Position numbers and translations under genes: made by a program. Below, in pieces: positions 36,078 to 48,292 of a DNA stretch of 64,000 bases; positions within the stretch are counted from its first letter, which is position 1; the number at the start of each line of letters is the position of its first letter. The DNA comes from Octopus sinensis (taxonomy: Eukaryota). The stretch is taken from positions 68,076,001 through 68,140,000 of the forward strand of contig NC_043008.1 in assembly GCF_006345805.1 (NCBI RefSeq), in the 5' to 3' direction. The notes under the pieces are model-generated. The model did no database searches and was not told the origin of the DNA. It worked only from the letters and a program-made list of their open reading frames with translations.

Positions 36078-37336
36078 CAGACAGGCAGGAAGTAAATAGA
36101 CACCTTTAATTTTCAAAATTTCTGATCTAAGCATTTTAATATGTTTTCAGCGGTGTAGAATTTACAATGTAATTATTATTTTTCATTCCGGGTGCCATTA
36201 TATTAAACATTTGCAAAGAGTAACCATGTGACACACAAAAAAGTCAGCAGAACTGTCAGATTTTCAATGAGGTTATATTGTTGGGCAATCTGAGGCTGGT
36301 CTTAGCCAGCGAAAAATTGCCGAAAATCTTCAAATTCCTCTTGCTACTGTTAATAGAATTATAGTGCAATTCAAAAGCCAAGGAAAAGAATCAACAGATT
36401 CTCATCCTGGCTGACCTGGGCCCTCAGAAAGGAAGCTTTGCTGTTTGAAGAGAATTGTGGAAAATGAATCCCATTCGAAGGCTTCTGACATTGCAAAACA
36501 GCTAGAAGTTAGTCCAAGAATGTGTGTTACATATCTGCATAAGCTTGGGTATATAGACGAGCAGCTAGAAGAAAACCTCTCCTTCAACCAATTAATATCA
36601 TGAAAAGAAAGAAATGGGCTACGGAGATGTCAGAAAATTTCAGTTCATTTTGGGATAGGGTGATTTTCTCAGATGAATCCAGATTTGCATTATTTTCAGA
36701 CGGTGGACGTGCTTGGGTCTGGAGGCTTCCCAATCAAGAATTTGATTTGAAATGATTCAAACCAACTGTGAAACATGGCGGTATCTCTGTAATGGTATGG
36801 GGAGCTGTCACCAGCAATGGCCGTTCTGAGCTGATCGAATGTGTTGGAACCATAAACTCTGAAAAATACATCGAAATACTTAAGCAAGGACTACTTCCGA
36901 TGTATTCACATGATAACATAACGAAAAATGAGTTTTTATTCATGGAAGATGGGGCTCCATGCCACACAGTGAAAAGGAATCAACAATGGTTGACTGAAAA
37001 TGGGATCAAAAAGCTTCCTTGGCCGAGCCTATCTCCTGACATGAACCCAATTGAAAATCTTTTGAGCATACTAAATAGAGCTATACGGAAAACTCAACAG
37101 AAACCTAAATCTAGAGATGAATTATTTCGATTGTTGCGTGAAAAGTGGGCAGAAATTCCACAAGAGACAATCATAAAGCTCATCTTTTCAATGCCCAAAA
37201 GAGTTTCTGAATTAAAAACTGCAAAGCGAATGTCAACTAAATACTAGTCCTACCTATTGATTACATTACGATTGTTCACTTTGCATATTAAATAAAAGAT
37301 TTTGAAAATTAAAGGTGTCTATTTCCTGCATGTCTG
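36078..37336 (+). mobile_element. Full-length Tc1 (DD34E) transposon, transposase 36226-37247 with stops and a frameshift
   Basis: TIR CAGACA(T/G)GCAGGAAGTAAATAGACACC. Catalytic FSDES, FMEDGAPCH and NPIEN, with 34 residues between the second D and E. Confidence 0.95.
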
Positions 37337-37340
37337 TGTG

Positions 37341-37420
<80 letters not shown>

Positions 37421-37426
37421 CATATA

Positions 37427-39086
37427 CAGTGGTGAGCACAGTTCTGTTAATCTGCTAACAGCTAATTAGTGAAGCTAACTTTTCATTTAGCAGATTAGTG
37501 CTTCTGCTAACTTTGGAAACTGTTAGTGGACCAATTAGCTTCTTGCTAACTTTAAGTCCACAAACAAAACTCTTTGTTCCTGTCAGTTCTGGCCATGCCT
37601 CAAAGAGTCCATCAGGCATGCTATTGGCTGACTACATGTACATATCACATGACATGATTGGATGACACAGCAGCAGCTAGCTGAGCAGCATTGTGTAATT
37701 CTGCAGTGCTGAGTTGTGTTCACTTATGTTGTTGTCCCATTATAGACAGTCTTACAGTATCAGTGACAGCAGTGTATGTTATCAGCTTATCAAGTTATCG
37801 CTTATCATTATGGAAGGTGAAGATGTTTTTGTTTGGTCTGAGGATGAAGAGCCTGTTGAGGAGTCTGCAATGCCTGTGGGTGAGTCAGAGGTCACTCAGG
37901 TTGAGAGCCAGTAGTCTCAGAACCTCTGGCCCCACCTGGAGAACTACTTTATACTTATGTCAAAGGATAAGAGGAACACCAAAATCCTGTACTTCAGGTG
38001 TGTCACATGCCAGCCCAAGGAAATCACCATCAAAGGACAAGGGGCGAGCATCTACAACTTGAAGTTGCATGTCAAAAGGAAACACCCAGCGCATGCCATC
38101 CAGTCTGAGGTGAGGATCAAGATTGACTCTTCCCATGGGAAACACAAGCAATCTTCTGGTAGCCAGTCATCACAGCCATGTGCAAAGAAAGCATGCCAGC
38201 TCAGCATTGGCGAGGCATTTGGCCAAACTGCTGACACTGGCGTCTGTTAGTTTATGGTGGACAGAAGGATTGTTGACCTGTTTTTCGAAAACATGCTACA
38301 GCTGCATGTAGTGGAATCCTCCACTTTGATCAGTCTGGTCAATACGCTGAACCCCAGCAAGATGTCGATGTTCCGCCGCACACTGGGAAGGATGATCTTG
38401 GCCAGCCATAAACAGCTGGAGCAGTATTTTACAAGGTATTTATAAATTAAAATTATACAAGATTATTAATTATTATGGCGTGCTTCATATTTTCTTATTT
38501 TAATTTGATTATTTATTAAATAATTATTTTCTTAAATAATGTAATAAAATGTATAATAGCTAATTGAAATAAATGTGATTAAATCTGCATAGCCAAAACA
38601 GCAGTCTTCAATGAAATAATGAATAAACGAACCTTAAGTCCTGAACTTATCAAATTCTGACTTCATTCCATCCCTCATCTCAATTATTCATTCCCACCAC
38701 CACCACCACCACCACTACAAAGTGTCACCTATCAAGATTGTGTCACTATTTTCAAAAGTTTAATAACAAGGCTTTGAATTATAAGCAATATCTCCATGAA
38801 TTTAGAACAGCTAAGTAACAAATGTCAAACCACAACGTATGATTTCTATAAACAAAATATGGTTGTAAGATACTGCAATCAAATGTCCTGCCTTCTTCCT
38901 ACCCATGAAAATTGTACAAACCATGTGCTCACAAAAACCATTACAGCTTGCATGGAGATGTGGATGAGAAGCTAGTTTTGGGTTTTTTTAGTTGGCCTTG
39001 ATCATACTTTGCGTCACTTTATATATAGTGACTGTGAATTATTTCCTTGTTGGGTTTAAATTGCTGCTAGCCACCTTGATTATTAT

Positions 39087-39130
<44 letters not shown>

Positions 39131-41080
39131 TTTAGGTTTTTAACTTTATAAATTATGTCTTTTTGCAGTTTAACATTTTTAAAGTACAGATTGCTCAAAG
39201 ATGTCCCCTGGGTGGTGACCACCATGGACTGTTGGTCGGCCTACAACAGGTCCTACCTGAGGATAATAGCTCACTGGCTGCACCCCAAGACCTACACAAG
39301 ATAACAAGCCATCCTGGCCTGCTCTCAGCTCAGACGACATCACACCTTTGATGTTCTCACCCAGGCCATGGTGGACACCCATTACAAGTTCCATTTGCAT
39401 GACAAGAGACCAGGACCATGACAGGCAATGGCAAAAACTTTGTTAAGGCATTTATGCAGTTTGGTACAAAAGTTGAACTCTTGACATTCTTGAGTCTGCT
39501 GCCAATCCGGATGTGGAGTACGTTGAGGATGTGAACCTGGACATGGATCCTGAGGCTGGGGATCTGGACAAAGTTGAGTATATCTCTGTTGATGCCATCG
39601 TTGATGGGTCCAGTGACCTGGGGCTAAACCTGCCAGTGCATATGAAGTGCACAGCCAATACTTTCAACTTGGTAGCCAGCATGGATGCCAACAAGGCTCT
39701 TGACAGCACTTTGTTCCAGTCAGCCTACAGGAAGGCCATGTCCAAGGCACAGCAGCTGTGGAATCTGCAGAGCTGCAGCATGGTGGTGGCAGACAGCATT
39801 CTGAATGCGTTGAGGAGGCTGGTGGTCCCCAACAGTGCCAGGTGGAACTCTACCTATGACCCTGTTGTTGTCCTCAACAAGCTACTGGAGAAGAATAGGG
39901 AAGCTGTCTACAAGGTGATGACACAGCTGAAGCTGCAGACCTTTGCTGATTCCGAAGTCAGCTTCCTGACAGAGTATGCCTAGGTGATGTGTAATGTTGC
40001 CAAGGCCTTGGATAAAATCGAGTGGGAGGACTAGGCCTATCTCAGGAACCTTCTACCAATTGTAGCAGCTACCATCATGAAGCTGAAGGAGGCTAAGTTC
40101 AAACATCTTCTGTACAACAGTCCTCTGATAGACGAGATACTGGCAGGCATCAGGCAAAGGTTTGGGCTGGAGTGCCAGCTGGCCACTGCTTTCCATACCT
40201 AGTTTCAGCTGTTCTGGCTGGAACAGTATAATAACAGCCAGGTTGGCAGAGTAACGAATGCTATGGAGACCGTCATAGAGACAACCCTAAATAAAACCAG
40301 TGAGGAGGGCAGTAGCACCACCAGCAATGAGCATGAGGAAGGTGATTTCTTCAGCAACATCACTCACTTCTGGGAGAGCAGGGGCCACAGGTCACTGAAA
40401 TCCAAGGCACAAAACTTGAAGACCTGGCTGGAGGCTGTCTCAAAGGAGGTCCTGACTGAAGTTGCCTTTTTGTGTGAGCAGGTCTTGATCAACCTGTTCA
40501 CCAAGTATAACACTACCATCCCATCCAGTGCTGCAGTTGAGCACCTATTCTGTACATGCTAAGATATGTTGAGGGCCAAGAGAGCCATCCTGTCAGATGG
40601 TAACTTTGAGAGGCTTATATTTATGAAGGGCAACCAGCATCACCTCGAGGCAACAGAGAAGGCCCAGCCAGAGTAGTACACCTTGACCATCATCTGATCT
40701 TGGCATGATACCTATGCTATACTATACCATTTAGATTCATTTAACAGTCAAATGATGACTGAAAAACTAATGCTTAATTTCATTTGTTTATTGAATCATT
40801 TGCGTACACCTCAATCATCATCTGATCTTGGCATGCTATACCTTTTTGCAAAGATCTATGTCTAAGCTACAACATGAATATTTCAGATCTGTTTTTAAAG
40901 GTTTTAGAGTCAAAACACCAAACCAAAACTAAATTCATATGATAAAAGTTATCAGTTAGCGTTAGCTTCTCTTAATTCTTTTTATCTGTTTCGCGGTTTA
41001 GCATTTGCAAAGCTATTTTTTTTAGTTAACGAATTAGTGGTTAGTGAAGTTAACTTTTTAGTTAGTTGTGCCCACCACTA
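37427..41080 (+). mobile_element. Full-length decayed hAT transposon (~3.65 kb)
   Basis: TIRs CAGTGGTGAGCACA / TGTGCCCACCACTA with GCTAA/TTAGC-rich subterminal regions. The TSD is obscured by TA repeats. Confidence 0.9.
37810..40676 (+). pseudogene. hAT transposase pseudogene with one intron (38436-39189)
   Basis: BED finger CVTC...HVKRKH, VTTMDCWSA, TGNGKNFVKAF, KCTANTFNL, RWNSTY and IPSSAAVEHLF. Splicing GT..AG restores EQYFTRLLKDVPW. Confidence 0.9.
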
Positions 41081-41318
41081 TATATACATAGAATGAAGCC
41101 AGTGATTTCCAACAAAACAGCTAATTTATAAGAGGAAATAGAACAGATAAGCCAATTTCATAAACCCCATTGCTTGACTAGGACTGATTATATTATCTCC
41201 CACCCACCCTGGAAGGATGTAAAACAAAGCTAACCCCAGAATGATTTGAATTTAGAACACAAAAACTACATAAAATAGTTAAGGATATTTCAGCCTACAG
41301 CTTTAAGGATTTGTAATG

Positions 41319-41533
41319 CAGTAGCATAGCTAGGAGAGGCAAGAGGCAGTCCATTCTTAAGATTTGCAATGCTGTAGCAGAGCTCTGAAGGGCAAAGAGT
41401 GGTCCATACTGCAGGACACCTTTATGGGAAGCACTTTAAGGCCTAGTGTATAAGCTAGTGTTGGCTTGAGGGCCTGGCTGAGAGGCATATTCAAGGGCTG
41501 CTCTGGGTGGTATAAACTCTGGCTATGCCACTG
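41319..41533. mobile_element. hAT-type MITE
   Basis: TIR CAGTAGCATAGC / GCTATGCCACTG with a perfect 8-bp TSD TTGTAATG (41311-41318, 41534-41541). Confidence 0.9.
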
Positions 41534-41875
41534 TTGTAATGTAAGAAAAAGATCAGAGATGCATAAAATTGATGCCCCTTTTTCTTGATTGTTGGCTCAG
41601 AAGGAAGGATAACAAAGTCAACTTCAAATGGATTTGAAACTCAGAACATAGAGATGAAAACTAAATATTGTGAGGCCTTTTCCCCAATACTCTTACGATC
41701 TCTGTCACACATCCTACTCTCCAGATACCTGAACCAGATTAATATAATTATGATTTCTAACATTGGCACAATAGCACAACACCACAGATTTTTTTATGGA
41801 AAAGGATGTTGGGGAGGAGCAAAATCGGTAACAGGAGTAAAAGGAGTTATTTCTGATTTTTTATTTTATCCCTAC

Positions 41876-42429
41876 CTGTTTGACATCATTACACTGCAAG
41901 TATTGCATCATTTTGTAATGTTGCATCATCTTTAGGACTAAAAATTGTTAGCATGTAGTTGTTGTTGAAGTTGAGAATTTGGAACATGGTCAGGTGACAG
42001 GTACTTTTCAAGAAATTTTTCTTCAATCTTGACCCGATTGTAATTGAGGTTGCTGATAACAAATGTTGATTATCTTTGGTGCTTAACAATCAGTATTCTT
42101 TTCTCTCTTGGATTACAAGTCAATTTTACCTCCCGCACTAATGTCTAATTTCATCATTTTCAATTTTCAAAAAATGATATCTAAGATGAGGTCAAATGAA
42201 TTGTGACTAATTTCAGTAGATTCTTCTCTTTAACTGCTTGGTGCATAAATATATCAGAAAGAGAGCCACTCCAGCAGATTGTGAAAAAGTTATAGAGAAC
42301 ATTTTATGTTGAGTTTTTTTGACTTTGTCAAATTTCCTTTATTTCATATCAATCTGCCTTTTTCCATAATCCTCTTTCATTCGACCAAGATATTTTAAAT
42401 TTTTGTTACATTTCTGATCCTTCTGCTGC
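41876..42429 (-). other. Candidate host exon (mostly 5'UTR, possible start MMQHYKMMQYLQCNDVKQ)
   Basis: Non-repeat DNA bounded by a CCATCCTTAG acceptor and a CAG|GTAGG donor. An upstream AAG|GTAAAT donor at 42501 gives a 72-bp intron. Confidence 0.3.
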
Positions 42430-43277
42430 CTAAGGATGGATAGTGATGTGTATGAGTCTGTTTTCAAATGTAATTCTGGAGAATTGAAGAGGCAAATTTA
42501 CCTTATTTTGCCCGAGCTAAATTTGTCTTTCAAAGAGAACGGTGATAATTCTCTGGAATAGTGTTCTGAATATGGTATAATATATTTAATACATTTCGAG
42601 AAAGTCATTTGATTAGCTGATATAATTTTTGTAAGGTAGTGAACATTTATAAAAAAAAAATTCCTCAAAGTCAAAAATGCAATAAAAACTTTCTTTGTGC
42701 TCCACCCACCTATACTAGTCGATTAAATCGAGAATATATTACTGGTATTGAATTTATCGAACATTGAAGAAAAGTCTAATAAAGCTAGATTTTAACTGGG
42801 AACTTAAAGAGGCTGAACAAAATAGATGTTGCAATATTTAAATAGCTTCTTTTCTTCTTTCTTTTTTAAGCTCAAATCTACCTCCCTGTCTGGATATGCA
42901 GAGAAAGTATTTGTTGTTGCCGCTGTTTTATGCGAAAGAAAGATAAAAAAAAACTTTTACAAGTTTCGTCCTCTGTGAAATAAAATTTTAAAATCTACAG
43001 TATGAGAAAAGAATAAGTCATAATGATACTTATAGATAACAACAGACAAGAGTTTCACAGAAGTATTTTGATTTAAATATCAAAGTGTTTTGCTTTATTT
43101 TTTTTTTTTCATCTGAAACAAATTTGAAAAAAAATAAAATAAACAAAAAACTTTACGGTCTCTTCCTCTCCCATTCTCTCTCTGTCTCGCTTCTCCTACC
43201 ATTGTGAAAAATACTAATAACAATACAAAAGATGGACAAAACAAAATAAATAACAGCAAGTCATGTTGACCGATGAA

Positions 43278-43395
43278 GGAAGTGACGGAGGGGAGGAGAA
43301 AAAAGTTGTAGTAGGAGAAAAAGTTGTAGTAGGAGAAAAAGTTGTAGTAGTAGGGAGAGTGAGGAAGAGTTAGTTTGTATGTGTGTGTGACGTCA
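43278..43395. promoter_or_regulatory. Putative promoter: ETS-CRE composite GGAAGTGACG, 18-bp x3 repeat, full CRE TGACGTCA
   Basis: Motifs at 43278-43287 and 43388-43395, inside a CpG-retaining non-TE segment upstream of the minus-strand exon candidates. Confidence 0.4.
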
Positions 43396-43529
43396 GAGCG
43401 AGTACCTTGTCACATTTTGTCCCAATGTATATTTTTTCATTGGAGATATGACAGAGCCGAGAAAGAACAGTAGTGAGTAAGTTGTTTATTCACATCACCT
43501 TTCATTGCATTCTTCTTGTTATTGTTGTT

Positions 43530-44520
43530 TGAGCCGTGTCTATCCCCAGGATCAGCCCTAATAGAGCAGACTTATGATCAAAAATGTCCCAGCTTTGACT
43601 ATCCTATCATAGTTTATGAAGTACTACATTACTATTTTCATTTTTAAGTGTATGATTCAGTGAGGAGGATAGATGCCCCTTTCGTTGCAGTAATAGTTTA
43701 TTGTTGTTTTTACATTGACCCAGGAGTTATGATGAAAAGCTTTCTAATCGTGACCATCCTATCACTGTATATCAGAGACTATATTTGTTTGTTGTATGCA
43801 TCCATACTTTAAGACGGGTAGGGTGTGATTTGAGGGAGATTTAGTCTGCTATTTCTAAGAGATCGATCATTCCACGTAGAGGTTCCGTTTGTTGATAGTA
43901 TTTAATTGAAACTGTTGACAACTCTCACTTGTCTAGTCTTCAAATAGTGAGGAAACATCAAATGAAATTCGAGTTTTAAAAAAAACTAGATAAAACAAAG
44001 GAAACTTAAACTGAAACTTGTTGTTCAGCCCCAGGCCAGCCCTGATCGGGCAGACCTATCATCAAAGTCATTCCAATGGTGACCATAACATCATTTTTTA
44101 AAGTGTCATTTGAGAAAAATAAAATTTGGCTGCTATTTCTTGAAATTCGAGCGATCACATATTCTCGCGATGGCTCATTGTTTTAATTCGTTTGATATAG
44201 TGTCCCTGGGGGAAAACCTAGAGAGAGACACAGACAGACAGGCGGATTAACAGATGTAATCGGCTAGGAATGTGTATACACAAGTTTATCCAAACACCCG
44301 GTCTTCGTAATTGGTCACATTAGTAGATAGCAAACTAGACGGCGTCTAACCGGTCGCACGACACGCTAGAAATAGTAGCCAAATATCTCTCAAATCACAC
44401 TATCGTTTAAAATAGATACATTAGATAATATAAGTTTTGATATACATAAAGTCAGGATGGTCACGATTGTAATGCCTTTGATCATATGAACTAACTTGTA
44501 GGCTAAGCAACAACAACAAC
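43530..44520. mobile_element. Cluster of four related SINE tail fragments ending in (AAC)n
   Basis: Repeated TGTTGTT.AGCC...CAGCCCT.AT.GAGCAGAC.TATGATCAAA motifs on the minus strand, with one plus-strand copy at about 44350-44520. Confidence 0.6.
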
Positions 44521-45455
44521 AAAAAATGAATATGAATGTTGTGTAAAGAGTATAGCCGATTAAATCAACTTCAATAACTTTGCTCGATAACACGGCCTTG
44601 AAACAATAATTGAAATTACTATTATCATAATAATTTTTTTATTTTCAAAAAACAAAAAAAAAGATAGTTTCATTTGTACACTACGTGTCCGTTCTGTTGA
44701 ATTTTAACTTTTATTCAACTTAATTTCTTTATTGTTTTACATTAATGTACTTTCATTTCAGTTACTTTACGGATCTTTTTAGTTCTCATACAGAAAAAAA
44801 TTTTAACAATACCCGACACAGATCAAACCGGCCTCTGAACGAGAACACCTTTGATCAAAATCGTTCTAATTGTGATATTTCCATCGTTTTTACATATAGA
44901 AGATATCCAAAGTATTTTTTTCTATAAGTAGTTGGTTGTGATATACAAATGAAAGAGAATATCCCTCGATACATTGTGCAGAGCATATATGTGTGTATAT
45001 ATATATACATGCTGATTCAGTCGTTCATTTTCTCGCTAATTTACATGATTTACATGTGTAATTATGTAATTATTCAGGTGTACAGAATCGTCATGTACGA
45101 TGACTGAAACATGTATATCTAAAGAAACTACGGCTTTTTGGCGCAACACCATATATATATATGTGTGTGTACACACACACACACACTATATATAAATATA
45201 TATATCATCATTATTGTCATTGTCGTTTTAGCGGCCTCTTTCCGTGTTGGCCTGGGTTGGACGAGACTTTTTGGAGGGGTGTTTTTCGGGTTTTATGACC
45301 GGTTGCCCTTCCTGGCGCCAACGTCAGGCATGTAGTATGCATATCTTAAAACAAGAACATACATGGCATTATGTATATATATGTATATATATATACATAC
45401 ATACATACGTATATATATATATATATATATATATCATCGAATTGTATAGTTTTAA

Positions 45456-45696
45456 ATATCTATCACTGCTGATCTTACGAATTGGTTTCAATGGAGAATA
45501 CAGTGGAGTGTTAAGTAACAATCCGATTATATAACTTTACGTTCAGCAGATATAGCCAATATGGAAGGGAATATGGCGACTATTCTCCATATCGGATAAC
45601 TCTGATGAATGAAAAGTTATATAATTGGATTTTTACTTAACACTCCATTGTACTCTTTATGCAAAACCGGTAGGTAAGATCAGCCGTGATGGATAC
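45456..45696. mobile_element. Foldback MITE (~110-bp imperfect arms) flanked by TTAA
   Basis: 45456-45570 is the reverse complement of about 45585-45696. TTAA lies at 45452-45455 and 45697-45700. Confidence 0.75.
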
Positions 45697-45759
45697 TTAA
45701 TACTATACATTTTCGGATAAAATACCCACTCTGCTGACAGATATACGAGTGCATCTTTT

Positions 45760-45848
<89 letters not shown>

Positions 45849-46153
45849 GGGGTTTAGTTCACTGGTGATCTAAACGAATAGGTACGCTGTGTAAGTGCTA
45901 TAATTGGTCATCTGTTAGGTTCTAAGTTCACAGCTGGAGCTGGAGCTAAGGATCTATAGTAGGCTTCTGAGTTAGCAGGTATGTATTAGAGGTAAAAAGA
46001 CAACAAAAACCAAGGAAGGATACTTGTCCTGCTTTGGTTTTTGTTGTCCTTTTCCCCATATATATAATATTGTGTGTGTGTATAAGGCAGCACATCTTTA
46101 ATGAGTTGACTTGGGATTCCCAAATGACAATGTAACCTTCATATAATTGAGGT

Positions 46154-46240
46154 ATCTTTGGCCTGATGAATGGCTAACTCCTCCTTGAGTAATTATTACA
46201 TCAGAGAATCTGCTAGCTTGGAAACATATGTAGCCAGGGT
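46154..46240 (+). ncRNA. Type-I hammerhead ribozyme motif, core intact, stem II imperfect
   Basis: TTGGC-CTGATGA-A...GGCTA/TAGCT...GAAA-CATATGT-A-GCCAG, with palindromic stem III ACATATGT and a GUA triplet. Confidence 0.65.
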
Positions 46241-46564
46241 TTTACCTGTTCCACTCCTTCAATTTGTATGTGTATATATATATATATCATCGGCATCATC
46301 ATCGTTTAGTGTCCGGGACGGTTCAAGTGGGGTCTGGGAAGCCAGAAGGCTGCACCAGGCCCAGTCTGATCTGGCAATGTTTCTACAGCTGGATGCCCTT
46401 CCTAATGCCAACCACTCCGTGAGTGTAGTGGGTGTTTTTTACAGGTGCCAGACGAGGCTGGCAAACGGCCACAATCGGATGGTGCTTTTTACGTGCCACT
46501 GGCACGGAGGCCAGGTGTGGCTGGCAACGGCCAGAATCGGGTGTGTGTATATATATATATATAT

Positions 46565-46597
<33 letters not shown>

Positions 46598-47237
46598 ATG
46601 TATTTGTATGTTTGTTTGTCTCTCCACCATCGCTTGGTTCCAGGATCAGTTCCACTACATGACACCTTGGGCAAGTGTCTTCTACTATAGCTTCAGGCCA
46701 ACCAAAGCCTTGTGAGTGGATTTGGTAGACGGAAGCTGAAAGAAGTCTGTTGTATATATATGTATATGTTTGTGTGTCTGTGTTTGACCCCCACCATTGT
46801 TTGACAACTGATGTTGGTGCGTTTAAATCCCTGTAACTTAGCAGTTCAGCAAAAGAGGCCAATAGAATAAGTACTAGGCTTACAAAGAATAAGTCTTGGA
46901 GTCAGTTTGTTTGACTAAAGGTGGTGCTCCAACATGGCCACAGTCAAATGACTAAAACAAATAAAAGAATATATATATATAACTAATGTAGGATAACATT
47001 TTTTTCTAAAAAAAATTTTATCAATGGCCAGCATATCAAAAAATACCTTTAAAGATTAAATTTATAAATAACTTACAAAATAACCCCGAAATTGGGACCA
47101 ATACGGTAATAACGGATTTTTTAGAAATTTCTATCGGCTTGTTTAGAGACGCATAAATTATAATGGTTATTGACAATTTTGTCTTTTTTTCAGCATATTT
47201 GGCATTAGAATTTTTCTTTTGCCCTTATTTTGTAAGT

Positions 47238-47310
<73 letters not shown>

Positions 47311-48292
47311 TATATGCACACACACATGTATATCATGTGATCACATGACTGACCAGACTATTGGATGTTGTTGCACATCATTGGTTACAATGCACTTTAC
47401 TTTGTTTTAGCTTTTGGATAGGGTAGGCAAGCATGCCAACATTGTCCCTAATCAAAAGGAAGACTGGAGCAATGTGAAATGAAGTGTTTTGCTCAAGAAC
47501 ACAATGCACTGTCCAGTCTGGGAATTGAACCCACGATCCAGCAATAGTGTGTGCAACAGCATATCCACTAGGTCACACGCCTTCACGTCATATATAGGAT
47601 ATATATATAATACAGGTTTTATACTTATATTTTATACAGGTTTTATCCATTTATCCACACACACACACACATGTACGCATGTATATATGGCAGCTGCAGC
47701 ATTTTACGTTAGCTTTCCATGCTGGCATGGGTTAAATGGGACTTTGCTGCTCTCTTTGATATCTCAAAGGACCACATCTCCCTTGCAAGTTTCATTTTTG
47801 GCTTGCTTCCTATAACTAGATGCCCATCTTAATGCACTGCCACTAGTAAAGTTGCCTTATTACTCACAAGTCTAGAGAACCCTTACAATTGAGAAGGTGA
47901 ATAACCGGAGTGGTGGGGAGGGGAAGTTATGCTAAAAGTACATTGGGGGGAACTGGAATTATGAAAAGGTAGTAGGGGAATGAGTGATAACTGGCAGTGG
48001 TGTGGTGGGTGTAATGAAGGAGAGGGGAAAGGGAAAGAGAAAGTGTAATGCTGGGAGTTATTATGAAAGATAGGAGCCGAGTGTTAAGAACTGCAGAATG
48101 TGTCGTGTAGGGAAGGTCCTTCTGTTGATTAACAATATGTAGTGCTGGAGGAAAATCACAGAAAATACCTAACCATGCATCAACCAATGAGGAAGAATGA
48201 GTTATATGTATGTGTATGTACATATATGAAGGTGTGTGGTTTAGTGGTTAGGTTATATACATATATGTATGTGTGTATATAATATATATATA

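Noticed and set aside
45601-45625. CTGATGAATGAAAAG
   Set aside because: It lies in the arm of the foldback MITE with no hammerhead stems.
46086-46095. GGCAGCACAT match to U6 snRNA
   Set aside because: Only 10 nt match, and the flanks do not align.
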